NCBI RefSeq assembly: GCF_006345805.1
Contig: NC_043005.1
Span: 9,734,001-9,798,000, forward strand
DNA: 64,000 nucleotides
Direction of reading: 5' to 3'
Source: Octopus sinensis
Taxonomy: Eukaryota
The notes below the pieces were generated by a model. It was given only the letters and a program-made list of their open reading frames with translations, made no database searches and was not told where the DNA came from. Shown one piece after another: positions 1 through 13,849 of this stretch (positions within the stretch are counted from its first letter, which is position 1; each line of letters starts with the position of its first letter). The position numbers and the translations under genes are program-made.

Positions 1-8
1 CGTCCCCA

Positions 9-77
<69 letters not shown>

Positions 78-1618
78 AAAGGGTTAATTGCAACAAGTTG
101 CTCAAAACCACATACCGAAAATGCTAGAAATGGCAGCCAGATAGGTCACCATTTCCCTACTAGTAAAAAAGTCTCCACAAACAATCAGGATTTGCAACCC
201 GTATATGGCAAAAAGGAAGAAAATAACGAAATCACAGCCCTTTTGGGTTAATTACTGACGAAAATTCGTTTCTCGATGAGAACTAGAGGTTCATGTCCTT
301 GTCAATGCAATATTTCCTATAAATCTAGAAATGCTAGGGGAAAAAAAGACTCACCCATTATACCGGCTAGGTGAAATTTATTAATTTTATTAAATTAATT
401 ATATTTCACCCTTTTTTTATATTATATATATATTATATTAAATTAGAGATAAAACCACTATCAGGCAAAACATACAATGAAAAACTTAAGCCAATAGATA
501 AGATTAAATAATTTATATTAATTTAAATATATATCAAAATTATTAAAAAAAGATAATTAGTATATATATACATATATATCAAGAACAATCTTACTTAGAA
601 AGGGATATGCGTTCCGTCATATAATATATTAATAAATAAAACATATGCATATATACATACATATATGTACGTACATATATATACTCTACATGTATATATA
701 TACACACGCATATATGAGTACAGGACACCAAAAAAAAACGTCGAACACAATGAGAAACGAAAACATAGACACAAACCCAAGGAACTGGACATTTTTCTTA
801 AACAACAAAAAAATAGAGTACAGGACAAATAACACAAGGGAAAAACCCCTTCTTCAGTCGCAATGGTTTCATCTACTCTGCGTTTCGAAGATATATATAT
901 ATATATATATATATATAATCAAAGGTAGAACAGAGAGAACACAACAAACGGAAGCCAACAAAACACGACATACGGGAAAATAGACGATAGCACGATAAAC
1001 GGTTAACAGGAGAAAAACAAGATACACGAATCATTCGCCACCGATTTCGTCATCCGTCGGAGTCCGGAAAATCCTCGTAGAATCCGGCAGGTACCAGGAA
1101 CTTAAGCTAAAAGCATTAAGCCTCTTGGAAAGGCAAATGAATATATACTAGAACGAAAACCGGAACAGAAACCAAAAAACGAGAAAGCTAGATTTATACA
1201 CGTACAACCGCATGCCTTTCGGCTATGCAATAAGAAGGGGGAAAATTATACATATATGAATACAAATGAGTAAATAACAGAAAGGGTCTCCCGACTATTG
1301 GGCGAATGTAAACATTATGAAATAATAATGCAAGTGCAAGAATAAAAGAATTATACGTATACAATGGACAAATGCCTTTCAGCTATACAACAAAAGGAAA
1401 ATAATTGTACAATTACAAGATAGATAAATTACAAAAAAAAGGTCTTTTGACTATCATACGAGTGTAGTAAGTTGGCGCAAAGGAAATGTGGATAATGGAA
1501 AATCCGGGCGGGAGAACAGGTGAACGCGACCAGTAGTTCATGTTTAGTCATTTCAAAGTATGGAACCGTAGATTCTGTGTTGCTCATTCGACCGGGCCTT
1601 GTGGTGTGAATGTAAATT

Positions 1619-2020
1619 TGTGTGGTAAGTAGCTTGCTAACCAACCACATGGTTCCGGGTTCAGTCCCACTGCGTGGCACCTTGGGCAAGTGTCTTCTGC
1701 TATAGCCCCGGGCCGACCAATGCCTTCTGAGTGGATTTGGTAGACGGAAACTGAAAGAAGCCTGTCGTATATATGTATATATAATATATATATATTGTGT
1801 GTGTATATGTTTGTGTGTCTGTGTTTGTCCCCCTAGCATTGCTTGACAACCGATGCTGGTGTGTTTACGTCCCCGTCACTTAGCGGTTCGGCAAAAGAGA
1901 CCAATAGAATAAGTACTGGACTTACAAAGAATAAGTCCCGGGGTCGATTTGCTCGACTAAAGGCGGTGCTCCAGCATGGCCGCAGTCAAATGACTGAAAC
2001 AAGTAAAAGAGTAAAAGAGA
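1619..2020 (+). mobile_element. tRNA-derived SINE family A, head slightly truncated
   Basis: Matches other copies in the window: GTGGTAAGTAGCTTG...GGTTCAGTCCCACTGCGTGGCACCTTGGGCAAG head, internal (TA)/(TG) tract, tail ending GAAACAAGTAAAAGAG. Confidence 0.9.
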
Positions 2021-2966
2021 GAGTATGTATTGGTAGTATTTGTGGATAGATGGGGGTGGGGGAGATGTGTATGTTTAGAATGAGATAGGTCAAAATGAAA
2101 ACAAGAGGAGAAAATGAGAGGAAGAAAGAGAGAAAGAAAGGGAAAAAAGTGAAAAGAGTGAAAAAAGTGAAGAAAGGGTGAAAGAAGTGAGAAAATGACT
2201 GTTAGTTGGTGGTCAAGATAATGTGAGGGGAGTATGGGAGAGGAGTGGGGAGGGATAGGAAGAGATGAGAAGGTAACGAGTGAATGAATGTGAGATGTGT
2301 GAGTAGGGTGATATGATAGAGCTGCATTAAGGGATGGGTAGAGAAAAGGTATGAGTTGGGGGTTACCAAAATGAGTAGTAATTTTTGTAGTAAATTTTAA
2401 AGTCGAGGGAAGAATACAAGGATGTCAAATTTCTATAAATAGACGTATCTGATTATATATGTTAGTGTGATAGATAGGAATCAGAGAGGAGGAAGCAGGT
2501 ACAATGACATAGGTACGCGCACACACATGTACATATACATGTGCACATTTGCATACATACATATACACACGCATATATATACTCACACGCATATACATAC
2601 ATATAATATACATGCATGCTCACGCGCATATATATCATTTATATAAGATGCGTTTTCGTCGTTTGAAATTAAGTTGTCAATAATCCTAAATGAAGTATAA
2701 ATGCTTCACCGTTTCATGGAAACGTGTAGACTTTCAGTAATTGCTAATTGCTTATAGCATGTGACAAGTTTGCACTGTTAAAATTCAGATACATAGTGTC
2801 CATTGAGCTTCTCTCTACCCAATTCTACCCGCAAAATTAATGAGCCAACCGAGACGTCTGGTACATGCTTCTAGTACTTGAGTAGGAATGCATAAGTTTG
2901 GTCATGAGAAAATCAGTTTCCTTCAAGATGCATTACAGCAATTGACAATATTATTTTATTCGTTTA

Positions 2967-3370
2967 TTCTTTTACTTGTTTCAGTTCATTTGACTGCGGC
3001 CATGCTAGAGCACTGCCTTTAGTCGACCAAACCGACCCTGGGACTTATTCTTTGTATGCCTTCTACTTATTCTATCGGTCTCATTTGCTCAACTGCTAAT
3101 GTTACGGGGACGTAAACATTCCAACATTGGTCCTCAAGACATGGTAGGGGGACAAACACACACGCACACACACGCACACACACAAATATATATAAACATA
3201 TATACGAAGGTCTTCTTTCGGTTTCTGTCTACCAAATCTACTCAAAAGGCTTTGGTCCGCCCGAGGGTATAGTAGAAGACACTTGCCTAAGGTGCCACGC
3301 AGTGGAACTGAACCTGGAACCATGTGGTTGGTAAGTAAGCTCCTTACCTCACAGCCACTCCTGTGCCTAT
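2967..3370 (-). mobile_element. SINE family A
   Basis: Reverse complement of the family A head and tail, internal (CA)n/(TA)n. Confidence 0.9.
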
Positions 3371-4190
3371 AGCCACTTCGGATTTATTGATTGAAATAAC
3401 AGAGTTCAGTTACTCTTGAAGCCGAATTCTTCCAAATTGGAATGGGAAAATCTGTTAATTTGACTAAACTTCAAGTTATATTTGCAGCATCTTATTTCGC
3501 CTAACCAATTAGAAATATAGTGTCAGTAAACTATTTATCTATTTGTCATGAGCCGTTACACTGCCATTGCGGATATAAATTTCGCAGTAGTTTTATTGGT
3601 GATGTTATTAGTTAAAGACCGAGCTGGTAGATTTGAAATTCTTGTTGTTCTACTACAATGACTTTTGATTTATTTTTACGTTGTTTCTTGTGAGTCACTG
3701 ACAGAACTATCGCTGGTTGCTATAGAGCCTAAAATGTTTTTCACACAATCACTTTACTGTAAGTTAATGAGACTGCATTTCGTGGACTACATTTACGATC
3801 AATTCTTGTGCTTAAACGTTGTCTTTACTCTAGTAGGGAAATTTAAATCAAAGATCAGGTTACATGTGCGTCTTGTAAATCACAAGATTTGTCTTTCGGC
3901 ACTACGAGGTTTTGAAAGATTTATTTGACACCCCTTACCGTGAAAAATTATGGGAAGATCAACTGCCCTCCTAAAGATTTACACCGTATGATACTGCTTA
4001 GAAGCTACTGGATTAAAGAAAAAAAAGTTCGCCAAAAATTAGTTCAATAAAAATGCATTTAAAAAAATGTAATAATAGTATAAGTCGATAATCGTTTGTT
4101 ACATGCAAAATGTACAATTAATGTGCAATTACTGATTGCTAAATGTGCAATTAAGGTTCCTGTTACTAAATTCTTTTAAATATATCATAT

Positions 4191-4600
4191 ATAGGCGCAG
4201 GAGTGGCTGTGTGGTAAGTAGCTTGCTAACCAACCACATGGTTCCGGGTTCAGTCCCACTGCGTGGCACCTTGGGCAAGTGTCTTCTGCTATAGCCCCGG
4301 GCCGACCAATGCCTTGTGAGTGGATTTGGTAGACGGAAACTGAAAGAAGCCTGTCGTATATATGTATATATATATGTGTGTATTTGTGTGTCTGCGTTTG
4401 TCCCCCTAGCATCGCTTGACAACCGATGCTGGTGTGTTTACGTCCCCGTCACTTAGCGGTTCGGCAAAAAAGAGACCGATAGAATAAGTACTGGGCTTAC
4501 AAAGAATAAGTTCCGGAGTCGAGTTGCTCGATTAAAGGCGGTGCTCCAGCATGGCCGCAGTTCAAATGACTGAAACAAGTAAAAGAGAAAAGAGAGAAAG
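4191..4600 (+). mobile_element. SINE family A, full length
   Basis: ATAGGCGCAGGAGTGGCTGTGTGGTAAG (A-box-like), GGTTCAGTCCC (B-box-like), full tail. Confidence 0.92.
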
Positions 4601-4832
4601 AGAATATCATACGATAAAAGAACATTAAATCCCAGACGCTTGCCTGTGTGAAATCGAATATTCCCACTTTCCATTGCCCTTAGCGTCATACTTTAGAAAT
4701 ACAAGTTTAAGCATGCCACTCTAAAGGTATTTCAAACGTCATCATTTACTTCTCGACGCTATTCCAACGGTACTCTCAGAATTCATGGTTGGCTGGCTTT
4801 TCACAGAGGCATGCTATATTCGTCACCTGCAT

Positions 4833-5261
4833 TCTCTCTCTTTACTCTTTTACTTGTTTCTGTCATTTGACTGCCGCCATGCTGGAGCACCGCCTTTAGT
4901 CGAGCAAATCGACCCCGGGACTTATTCTTTGTAAGCCCAGTACTTATTGTATCGGTCTCTTTTGCCGAACCGCTAAGTGACGAGGACGTAAACACACCAG
5001 CATCGGTTGTCAAGCAATGCTCGGGGACAAACACAGACACACAAACACACACACACACACACATATAATATATATATATATACATATTCTTTATACGACG
5101 GGCTTCTTTCAGTTTCCATCTACCAAATCCACTCACAAGGCGTTGGTCGTCCCGAGGCTATAGTAGAAGATACTTGCCCAAGGTGCCACGCAGTGGGACT
5201 GAACCCCGAACCATGTGGTTGGTAAACAAGCTACTTACCACACAGCCACTCCTGCGCCTAT
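4833..5261 (-). mobile_element. SINE family A, full length
   Basis: Reverse complement of the 4191-4600 copy. Confidence 0.92.
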
Positions 5262-5782
5262 AGCCACTCCTGCGCGTATGTATATTGTATTTTATTCTTT
5301 GTACTGAGAGAGAAGAAATTGAATTTTCCAGTGAAATCTTTATGATTGTAAGCTATGATTTCAAGAATATTTGGCTACTATTTCTATTTATGTATATACC
5401 TGAGTTTGTTATGTATTTCACACACACACGCACACATGCACATACTCACGCACACATATATGCACACGCACGCTCACACACATCCTGCTATGCTACGAAG
5501 CAGTAAGTGCATGATGCAACAATTTTCGAGTCGAACAAATTCCTAAATATTATTAGAATATGCTGAGAAGTGTAATCAAGATTGACTAGTCTGTACTGGC
5601 ATGGGGTCGTAAATATTTTAACTGATGACGTTTTACGTAATGGCTGGGTTATCTATTATATATTGGGTATGAATTAAATCATTTGAGCATATAACAATTT
5701 GCTTTGACTTCAACCATACATATATATATACATCGACTTATATATATATATATATATATTATATGTATGTATATGAATATGA

Positions 5783-5958
5783 ATAGGCGCAGGAGTGGCT
5801 GTGTGGTAAGTAGCTTGCTTACCAACCACAAGGTTCCATGTTCAGTCCCGCTGCGTGGCATCTTGGGCAAATGTCTTCTACTATAGCCTCGGGCCGACCA
5901 AGGTCTTGTGAGTGGATTTGGTAGACAGAGACTGAAAAAAAATCCCGTCGTATATATG

Positions 5959-6003
<45 letters not shown>

Positions 6004-6180
6004 TTACGTGTCTGTGTTTGTCCCCCTCAACATCGCTTGACAACCGATCCGTAACTTAGCGGTTCGGCAACAGAGACCGAGAGAATAAGTACTAGGCTTA
6101 CAAAGAATAAGTCCTGGGGTCGATTTGCTCGACTAAAGGCGGTGCTCCTGCATGACCGCAGTAAAAGAGAGAAAAGAAAG
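5783..6180 (+). mobile_element. SINE family A with small internal deletions
   Basis: Same head and tail as the 4191 copy. Confidence 0.9.
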
Positions 6181-6449
6181 ATATGTGTGCATATATATAG
6201 GAAGGAATTACAACCGTGTTTCGTGGTCTGCAACCACAACAGCTCCTTTATAGGATCCAGTTAGCTCAATACATCATCAGGAGGAACCTCGTCCAGTTTC
6301 GGCCCCTACTCCTCTACCGTTTTGACCATATATATATATGTATATACATAACGCTAAAGGAACTAATGGTGTTCCTTATCAACATGATGTATATATCTAA
6401 GCAATTATCTTTGAGAGTATGTATACCTTCGTGTATATGTGTGTATATA

Positions 6450-7330
<881 letters not shown>

Positions 7331-8413
7331 ATTTAAGTATATATATGTAAATGTAATTGAGGTTTGAAGTGGTACTGTATCATGGTTTAAAATTCATTTG
7401 CTTACTAAATGTAATTTAAGTAATGTCATAACAAATGCTAACAGTGTGATCCTTAGATTCTCTCAACGTACTTGAAATAATAGATGTAGGTTTACACTGG
7501 GGTTGGTGGGTAGGAATGAAGCCGAATCAGTTGAGAGGAAGGGACAAATTGCTTGATCTTACAAGGACCAATTAGCAAACACTGTATAGATGCTGCTGAA
7601 GAGACTTCTCTACTTGTTATTGACTGATTTCTGATGGTCATTGATCGTTGCCTATATGAGGGAGTTGAGATGCATGTTTGGTGAAGGATTGTATTTAGAA
7701 ACTCGCCAAATCAGAAGCCCTGAATTTGAATGGAATTTCAATCACTTAAATAGTAGGAGCGTGGAAGATATTTTATTCATTATTTTCTTAGTAGTTGTTG
7801 CTTGTTGTTGTTGTTGTGTTGTTGTTGTTGTTGTTATCTTCTGATCATATAATATAGATGGAGTTAAGATGAATCAATAAATAATATAACTTTACATTAA
7901 TACAGGATTTCAGCGCGGTATAGAAATTCATATCATGACGAGTAGGCCTCAATGTTATCCTCTTCAGAATTATGGCATTGATACCAGACTTCTCTGATAA
8001 AATAATTGGAAATTCAAACTGAAGCTTTTAAACCTTTAATTAGCAGATAAGTAAAATAGCGACATCTACACAACAATTCCTATTATTTCAATTACACCAT
8101 TTGTATCAATTGTTTCGTGTACACACACATACACTCACACACTCACACATACATACACATGCACAGGCACACACATACACATATACATGTATAGTAATGC
8201 AGTTTTGTATATAAATTTGACCTTTCGTAGTGCTTTACTAGCATATACCTATTAGTGGTTTTCTGTAAAACGGCAGACCCTTTTATCACTATCCAGCTAT
8301 TAGCTCTCTTCCAGATGCCTTACTATTATGCCGTTTGCCTACAGCTAAGGTGAAAGTTCTGGATCAATTGCATATGTCTTACACTTGATATTTATTTGTA
8401 CAGTATTCAAAAC

Positions 8414-8580
8414 GGTGAGCTGGAAGAACCGTTAGCACGCCGGACAAAATGCTTACGTTCTGAAGTTAACTTTGACTTCAATAATTTCGGCGTCTATAAA
8501 ATATGTACCATTTGAAAACTGGGGTCAGTTGTAATCGACTTACTTCCGCCCCCCCAAAAAAAATTTGTGATCTTGTGGCA
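8414..8580 (+). mobile_element. SINE family B, diverged and internally deleted
   Basis: GGTGAGCTGG...GTTAGCACGCCGG head and CTGGGGTC...AATCGACT body resemble the 63565 copy. Confidence 0.7.
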
Positions 8581-8954
8581 AAATTTGAAACCGATAGTTG
8601 TACAGTATTCTCTCCTTACCCTGTTTAGCCTCTTTACGTTGGAGATTTTCAATCAGAATGGTTCAAGATCATCAGAAGCTTTCTCAACTATGAAGTTTTC
8701 ATTCTTTATCATTTTGTATAACGCTTCTGGATTAGAAGCAAGCTTGCGATTTATACAGGCCCACTCAAAAATTCGCTCGCTATAGCGAAAATTCACGGCC
8801 ATTTCGTGATTTAGGGTAATTATCATTCCCCCAACAGTTTGGTGTAAAGAGTCACTATATTTTCGTTCATTTGTTCATAAGATGTAACTGGTGTAGACTA
8901 GTTATTGCTCTTACATTTTATCGTGCTTACCTATTCAATATGGCTGTACATAAT

Positions 8955-9411
<457 letters not shown>

Positions 9412-9414
9412 TGA

Positions 9415-10050
9415 TATTTTTCTTCAAGTTTTGGCTTCCATTTCCGTTTAGTTGTTTCATTACCATATACGCTGCAGATTTTCCCCGGTGTTCTTTAAGA
9501 GCGAAAGCTGCTGCGTATATGAGGTGTTAATATGCCAGTAATGAACATCATATGATTCCATTTGCTCTTCAGCAACATCGTCAATAACTATCAACTTTAG
9601 AGCTGTTGTTCAGAATAGCCTGTCGCTTAACGATAGTTTCAAAAGTAGAACAGTTTTTCTATGTAGTCTGGTTCCAAGATGATTCTAAGTTGAATATATT
9701 CGAGAGTTGTCTCTATTGACTCAGCTATATTCGGAGAGACACGAGAAATTAGTGATGGCGGTTTATTTAAATAATTTTCGATCTCTTACTTGGCAGGTTT
9801 TGAGTATTTCTCAGTGTTTTTACAAAAGATCGATTTACATCACCAGAGCAAGTCAAATTTTAAAAAGAAAGATGCTTGCTGCCGAAGCTGTTTCTCTGTA
9901 AAGGTGCTTCAGTTGGGGCGAGCTGCGTTCCAGTTTTTTTTTATAGCCATTTCATATATCTAAGAGAAGGGTCTTTCTGAGCTTTTAATAGCATCAACGT
10001 AGAGCCTAGTTTAGGTGTAGAGGCCATCTAAAATGATAATTGTACTTATG
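9415..10050 (-). pseudogene. Degenerate R4/Dong-like LINE ORF fragment (region upstream of RT)
   Basis: Frameshifted minus-strand translation gives HLIYAAAFALKEHRGK and KRKWKPKLEEKYQ, resembling the corresponding block at about 60.83-60.96 kb of the R4 element in this window. Confidence 0.45.
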
Positions 10051-10095
10051 TTTTGCAAAATGGCTCCCTGGTGCTTGTAGTGCTGTTTTAGTCGA

Positions 10096-10535
10096 TACTC
10101 TCTTTACTCTTTTTTTTTTTACTCGTTTTACTCTTTTTACTTGTTTCAGTCATCTGACTGCGGCCATGCTGGAGCACCGCCTTTAGTCGAGCAAATCGAG
10201 CCCGGGACTTATTCTTTGTAAGCCCAGTACTTATTCTATCGGTCTCTTTTGCCGAACCGCTAAGTAACGGGGACGTAAACACACCAGCATCGGTTGTCAA
10301 GCAATGCTAGGGGAACAAACACAGACACACAAACATATTCACACACACTTATATATATATACATATATACGACAGGCTTCTTTCAGTTTCCGTCTACCAA
10401 ATCCACTCACAAGGCATTGGTCGGCCCGGGGCTATAGCAGAAGACACTTGCCCAAGATTCCACGCAGTGGGACTGAACCCGGAACCATGTGGTTGGTTAG
10501 CAAGCTACTTACCAAACAGCCACTCCTGCGCCTAT
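10096..10535 (-). mobile_element. SINE family A, full length
   Basis: Reverse complement of family A. Confidence 0.92.
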
Positions 10536-10589
10536 ACTGTTGATATTAATTTCAGCAATGATCGTGTTAGCAAAACTTTACGTGGTATA

Positions 10590-10960
10590 ACGTATGTATG
10601 TATGTACATACCATTCTTTGAACGTCTAACTTCCCTGAACATGGATATATTGAAGCTCAAACGTCTGGCAACTAACTTGATAGACACCCACAAAATTATT
10701 CACCATCTTTCCAACAACAACCTTGCGCACCTTGTTTATTTCCAAACACCCGTGTACATGCTTACAAAATCAAAAAAACTACACAGCACCCATGACTTTT
10801 GGAAACATTTTTTCACGCTCAGAATAAACTACCTTCATCAGTCGTTAGCTCTCGAGACACCGCATTTTTCAAAACTTTCATGCTTCCTAAAATCGCCAAA
10901 AACCTGATGGCCATTTTTTCCTAGGTTGCAGTGCACCCGAGCAATGTAGACAACAATTTC
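10590..10960 (+). pseudogene. CR1/L2-like LINE 3' fragment (ORF2 C-terminus)
   Basis: FFERLTSLNMDILKLKRLATNLIDTHKII...KHFFTLRIN then NKLPSSVVSS, matching the CR1/L2 C-terminal pattern (ERL..L.L..L..RR...DLI..YKI / FF..RV...WN.LP..VV). Confidence 0.7.
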
Positions 10961-11010
10961 TTCCTTTCTTTTTGCTTTCATATATTTCAAATATATATTT
11001 CTTTTATTCT

Positions 11011-11128
11011 TTGCCTTTCATTCTTTCGGGGTTGATAAATTAAGTACCAGTTGCATACTGGGGTCGATCTAATCGACTGCCGCCTCCTCCAAAGTTTCAG
11101 GCCTTGTGCCTACAGTAGAAAAAATTAT
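11011..11128 (+). mobile_element. SINE family B, 5'-truncated, alternative tail
   Basis: TTGCCTTTCATTCTTTCGGGG..ATAAATTAAGTACCAGTT..CTGGGGTCGAT then CAGGCCTTGTGCCTACAGTAGAAA. Confidence 0.8.
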
Positions 11129-11132
11129 TTTA

Positions 11133-11394
11133 TTCTTTTATCTGTTTGAGTCATTTGACTGCCGCCATGCTGGAGCACCACCTTACGAGGTTTTAGTCGA
11201 ACAAATCAACGCCAGGACTTATTCTTGGTAAGCCTAGTACTATTCTATTGGTAGCTTCTGTCCAACCACTAAGTTACGGGCACATAAACTTACCGATATC
11301 GGTTGTCAAGCGATGGTGGGAGGACAAACACCGTCACAAGCATACAAATATATACAAACCCCACCACCACACGCAAACACACACACACATATAC

Positions 11395-11431
<37 letters not shown>

Positions 11432-11593
11432 ACGGTCTCCTTTCAGTTTCTGTCAACAAAATCCTCTCACAAGGCTTTTGTCAGCCCGAGGCTATAGTAG
11501 AAGACACTTGCCCATGGTCTCATGCAGTGGGACCGAGCCCGCAACCATGTAGCTGGAAAGCAAGCCTCTTACAACGCAGTCACTCTGCACCTG
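11133..11593 (-). mobile_element. SINE family A, older diverged copy
   Basis: Recognisable tail and head with many substitutions. Confidence 0.85.
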
Positions 11594-12199
11594 TATGTTG
11601 ACATATTTAAATGTTATACGTAGATAGGTTTATTAAAGAAATTTCCGTTGATGAGTTTGTTAATATTCATCAAAACCTAGAGTAGTAAGTGAACTAAGTA
11701 GGTTTAAGTTGGTCATTAATTGTGAGTCCCTAAACATATCTTCCATAATGAGTTGTCATAACGAGGCACAGATAAAAGTTTTATACAATAAGACAATAGT
11801 CTCAGTTTTCTATTTGAATTAGTAGACCATTAATACAATACGGTTTTATTTCCCAAAGGATGAGGAAGCCAGTGAAGCACAAATAAAATATGAAGAGAAG
11901 TAGCAATGTGTACTGGACTAGATGAATAAGGAAGGAACAAGAGCAGAATATCCCTCATATTACACCTTCTCGTGACAGATAATGTCAAACAATTCCGTTT
12001 CTATTCTTCCATTTTTGTTGAGTATATACGATCGATATAAAGCGCCTTCAGGAACAAACTTGAAGTAATTGAAAGTTGTCCCTAATATCACGCGTGTGTG
12101 TGTATGTGTTTCTTTGTCCGGTAACCAGGTTTTGATTTGAGATTGCACGGTTTTGAGCAATGCGGAACCATCTCATAACCACTATTGTTCCCATGTCTA

Positions 12200-12380
12200 C
12201 TAAGGGCCGGTAGAGCGATTTCAGATTGCCTCCTATTCAGATTACTCCTCCCATTCCCGGTAACTAGAAATCGCTTTCAAATTACCCTTGGAGGTAATTT
12301 GAAATCGCTTTCAAATTACCCTTGGAGGTAATTTGAAATCGATTTCAGGTTCCTCTCTTCGATTTCAGATTACCTCCACT
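12200..12380. repeat. Palindromic 34-bp minisatellite
   Basis: GAAATCGCTTTCAAATTACCCTTGGAGGTAATTT at 12267 and 12301, partial third copy at 12335; related sequence at about 19645-19770. Confidence 0.8.
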
Positions 12381-12493
12381 AAAATCCTTCCCCAAATATT
12401 CGTCATCTCGATAGTAAATAGGAGAATCATTATTATGTTTATAATTATTATCATCATCATCATCATTTTTCTTTTGTAACTTACTAATATAAT

Positions 12494-12743
12494 TACTCTT
12501 CACTCTTTTACTTGTTTCACTTATTTGACTGCGGCCATACTGGAGCACCGCCTTTATAGTCGAGCAAATCGACCCCAGAACTTATAGAACTTATTCTTTG
12601 TAAGCATAGTACTTATTCTATCGGTCTCTTTTGGCGTAAACACACCAGCATCGGCTGTCAAACGAGGGGGGGGGGCAAACAGACACAAGCATACACACAA
12701 GCATACACACACACACACACAATATAATATATATATATATAAC
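12494..12743 (-). mobile_element. SINE family A, 3' half (split by the Penelope insertion)
   Basis: Tail and internal (CA)/(TA) tract end at the Penelope boundary; the head half resumes at 18061. Confidence 0.85.
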
Positions 12744-13575
12744 GGGAAGCTTTATGAAAATAGACAAACGACGAAGGCAGGTGGAAAACAAACAAACAAT
12801 TATATTAGTATGGCGCTCAGGAAATATAAATAAAACAAGTCTTTAACGTTTCGAGCCTACGCTCTTCAACAGAAAGATACACAGAGAGAAAAAAGACACA
12901 GAAAGAAGGAGAGAAAAAAAAAATGCGTGCAGTAACTAACGAACAACATGGCGATCTGATTTCGGCCAGAGAAGTCAAAGATCAGACATGAGACGCGAGA
13001 GCGAAATTAGGGGAGATAATAGGGTTGAGTGACCAGCTCCAACATAAGGGTTGTGTGTGTGTGTGGTGTGTGTATGAGAGAGAGTATTAGTGCGCATGAG
13101 AGGTCCGGACGTGTGTAGTATAGGTTGTGTATGTATAGTATGTATTAGTATGTATAAGGGTGTGTGTGTGTGTGTGTGTGTGTGTATGAGAGAGATTAGT
13201 GCGCATGAGAGGTCCGGACGTGTGTATGTATAGGTTGGTGTATGTATTAGTATGTATTAGTATGTATAGGGTGTGTGTGTGGTGTGTGTATGAGAGAGTA
13301 TTAGTGCGTATGAGAGGTCTGGACGTGTGTATGTATAGGGTTGGTGTATGTATTAGTATGTATTACGTATTAGTATGTATAAGGGTGTGTTTGTGTGGGT
13401 GTGTGTGTGTATGAGAGAGTATTAGTGCGTATGAGAGGTCTGAGGTCTGGACGTGTGTATGTATAGGGTTGGTGTATGTATTAGTATGTATTAGTATGTA
13501 TTAGTTGGTGTATGTATTAGTATGGCACATCATATATGATGTGATGTGTAAAGTCGTGTGGTGTAGTGGGGAGAG
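12744..13575 (-). repeat. PLE 3' pseudo-LTR with 4 internal 105-120 bp subrepeats
   Basis: Near-identical to 17361-18060. Confidence 0.9.
12840..12877 (-). ncRNA. Minimal type I hammerhead ribozyme motif (A6U variant) in the PLE pseudo-LTR
   Basis: UCUUU-CUGUUGA-A-GAGC GUAG GCUC-GAAAC-GU-U-AAAGA: stem I 5 bp, stem II 4 bp, palindromic ACGU stem III. Confidence 0.75.
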
Positions 13576-13849
13576 AGGAGAAGGGAGGGGGAGGGGGAAG
13601 AGGGGGAGACGGGAGAGGGGGGGAGGGGGAGAGAGAGGAGGGGAGAGGTGAAGGGAGAGGGAGGAGGGAGAGGGGGAGAGAGAAGGGGTGAGGTGAGGAG
13701 CAGAGGGAAGGGGAAGAGGGAAGGAGGGAGGGAGAAAGAGGGAAGAAGGGAAGGGGAGTAGGGTGTGAAAGGATGAAGGACTGAAGAAGTAGGGGTCGGG
13801 GGGAAAGGTAGGTGAGGAGTGGGGAAGGGGGGTTAGATGAGGAGGGGGG

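Noticed and set aside
6205-6285. Minus-strand hammerhead-like sequence (GUGGU/ACCAC-GAAAC)
   Set aside because: The adjacent core is CUGUU lacking G8A9, and the more distant CUGAUGA gives no consistent stems; at best a dead relic
11960-12160. 66-aa ORF as a host exon
   Set aside because: Interrupted by a (CA)-type run and no recognisable family
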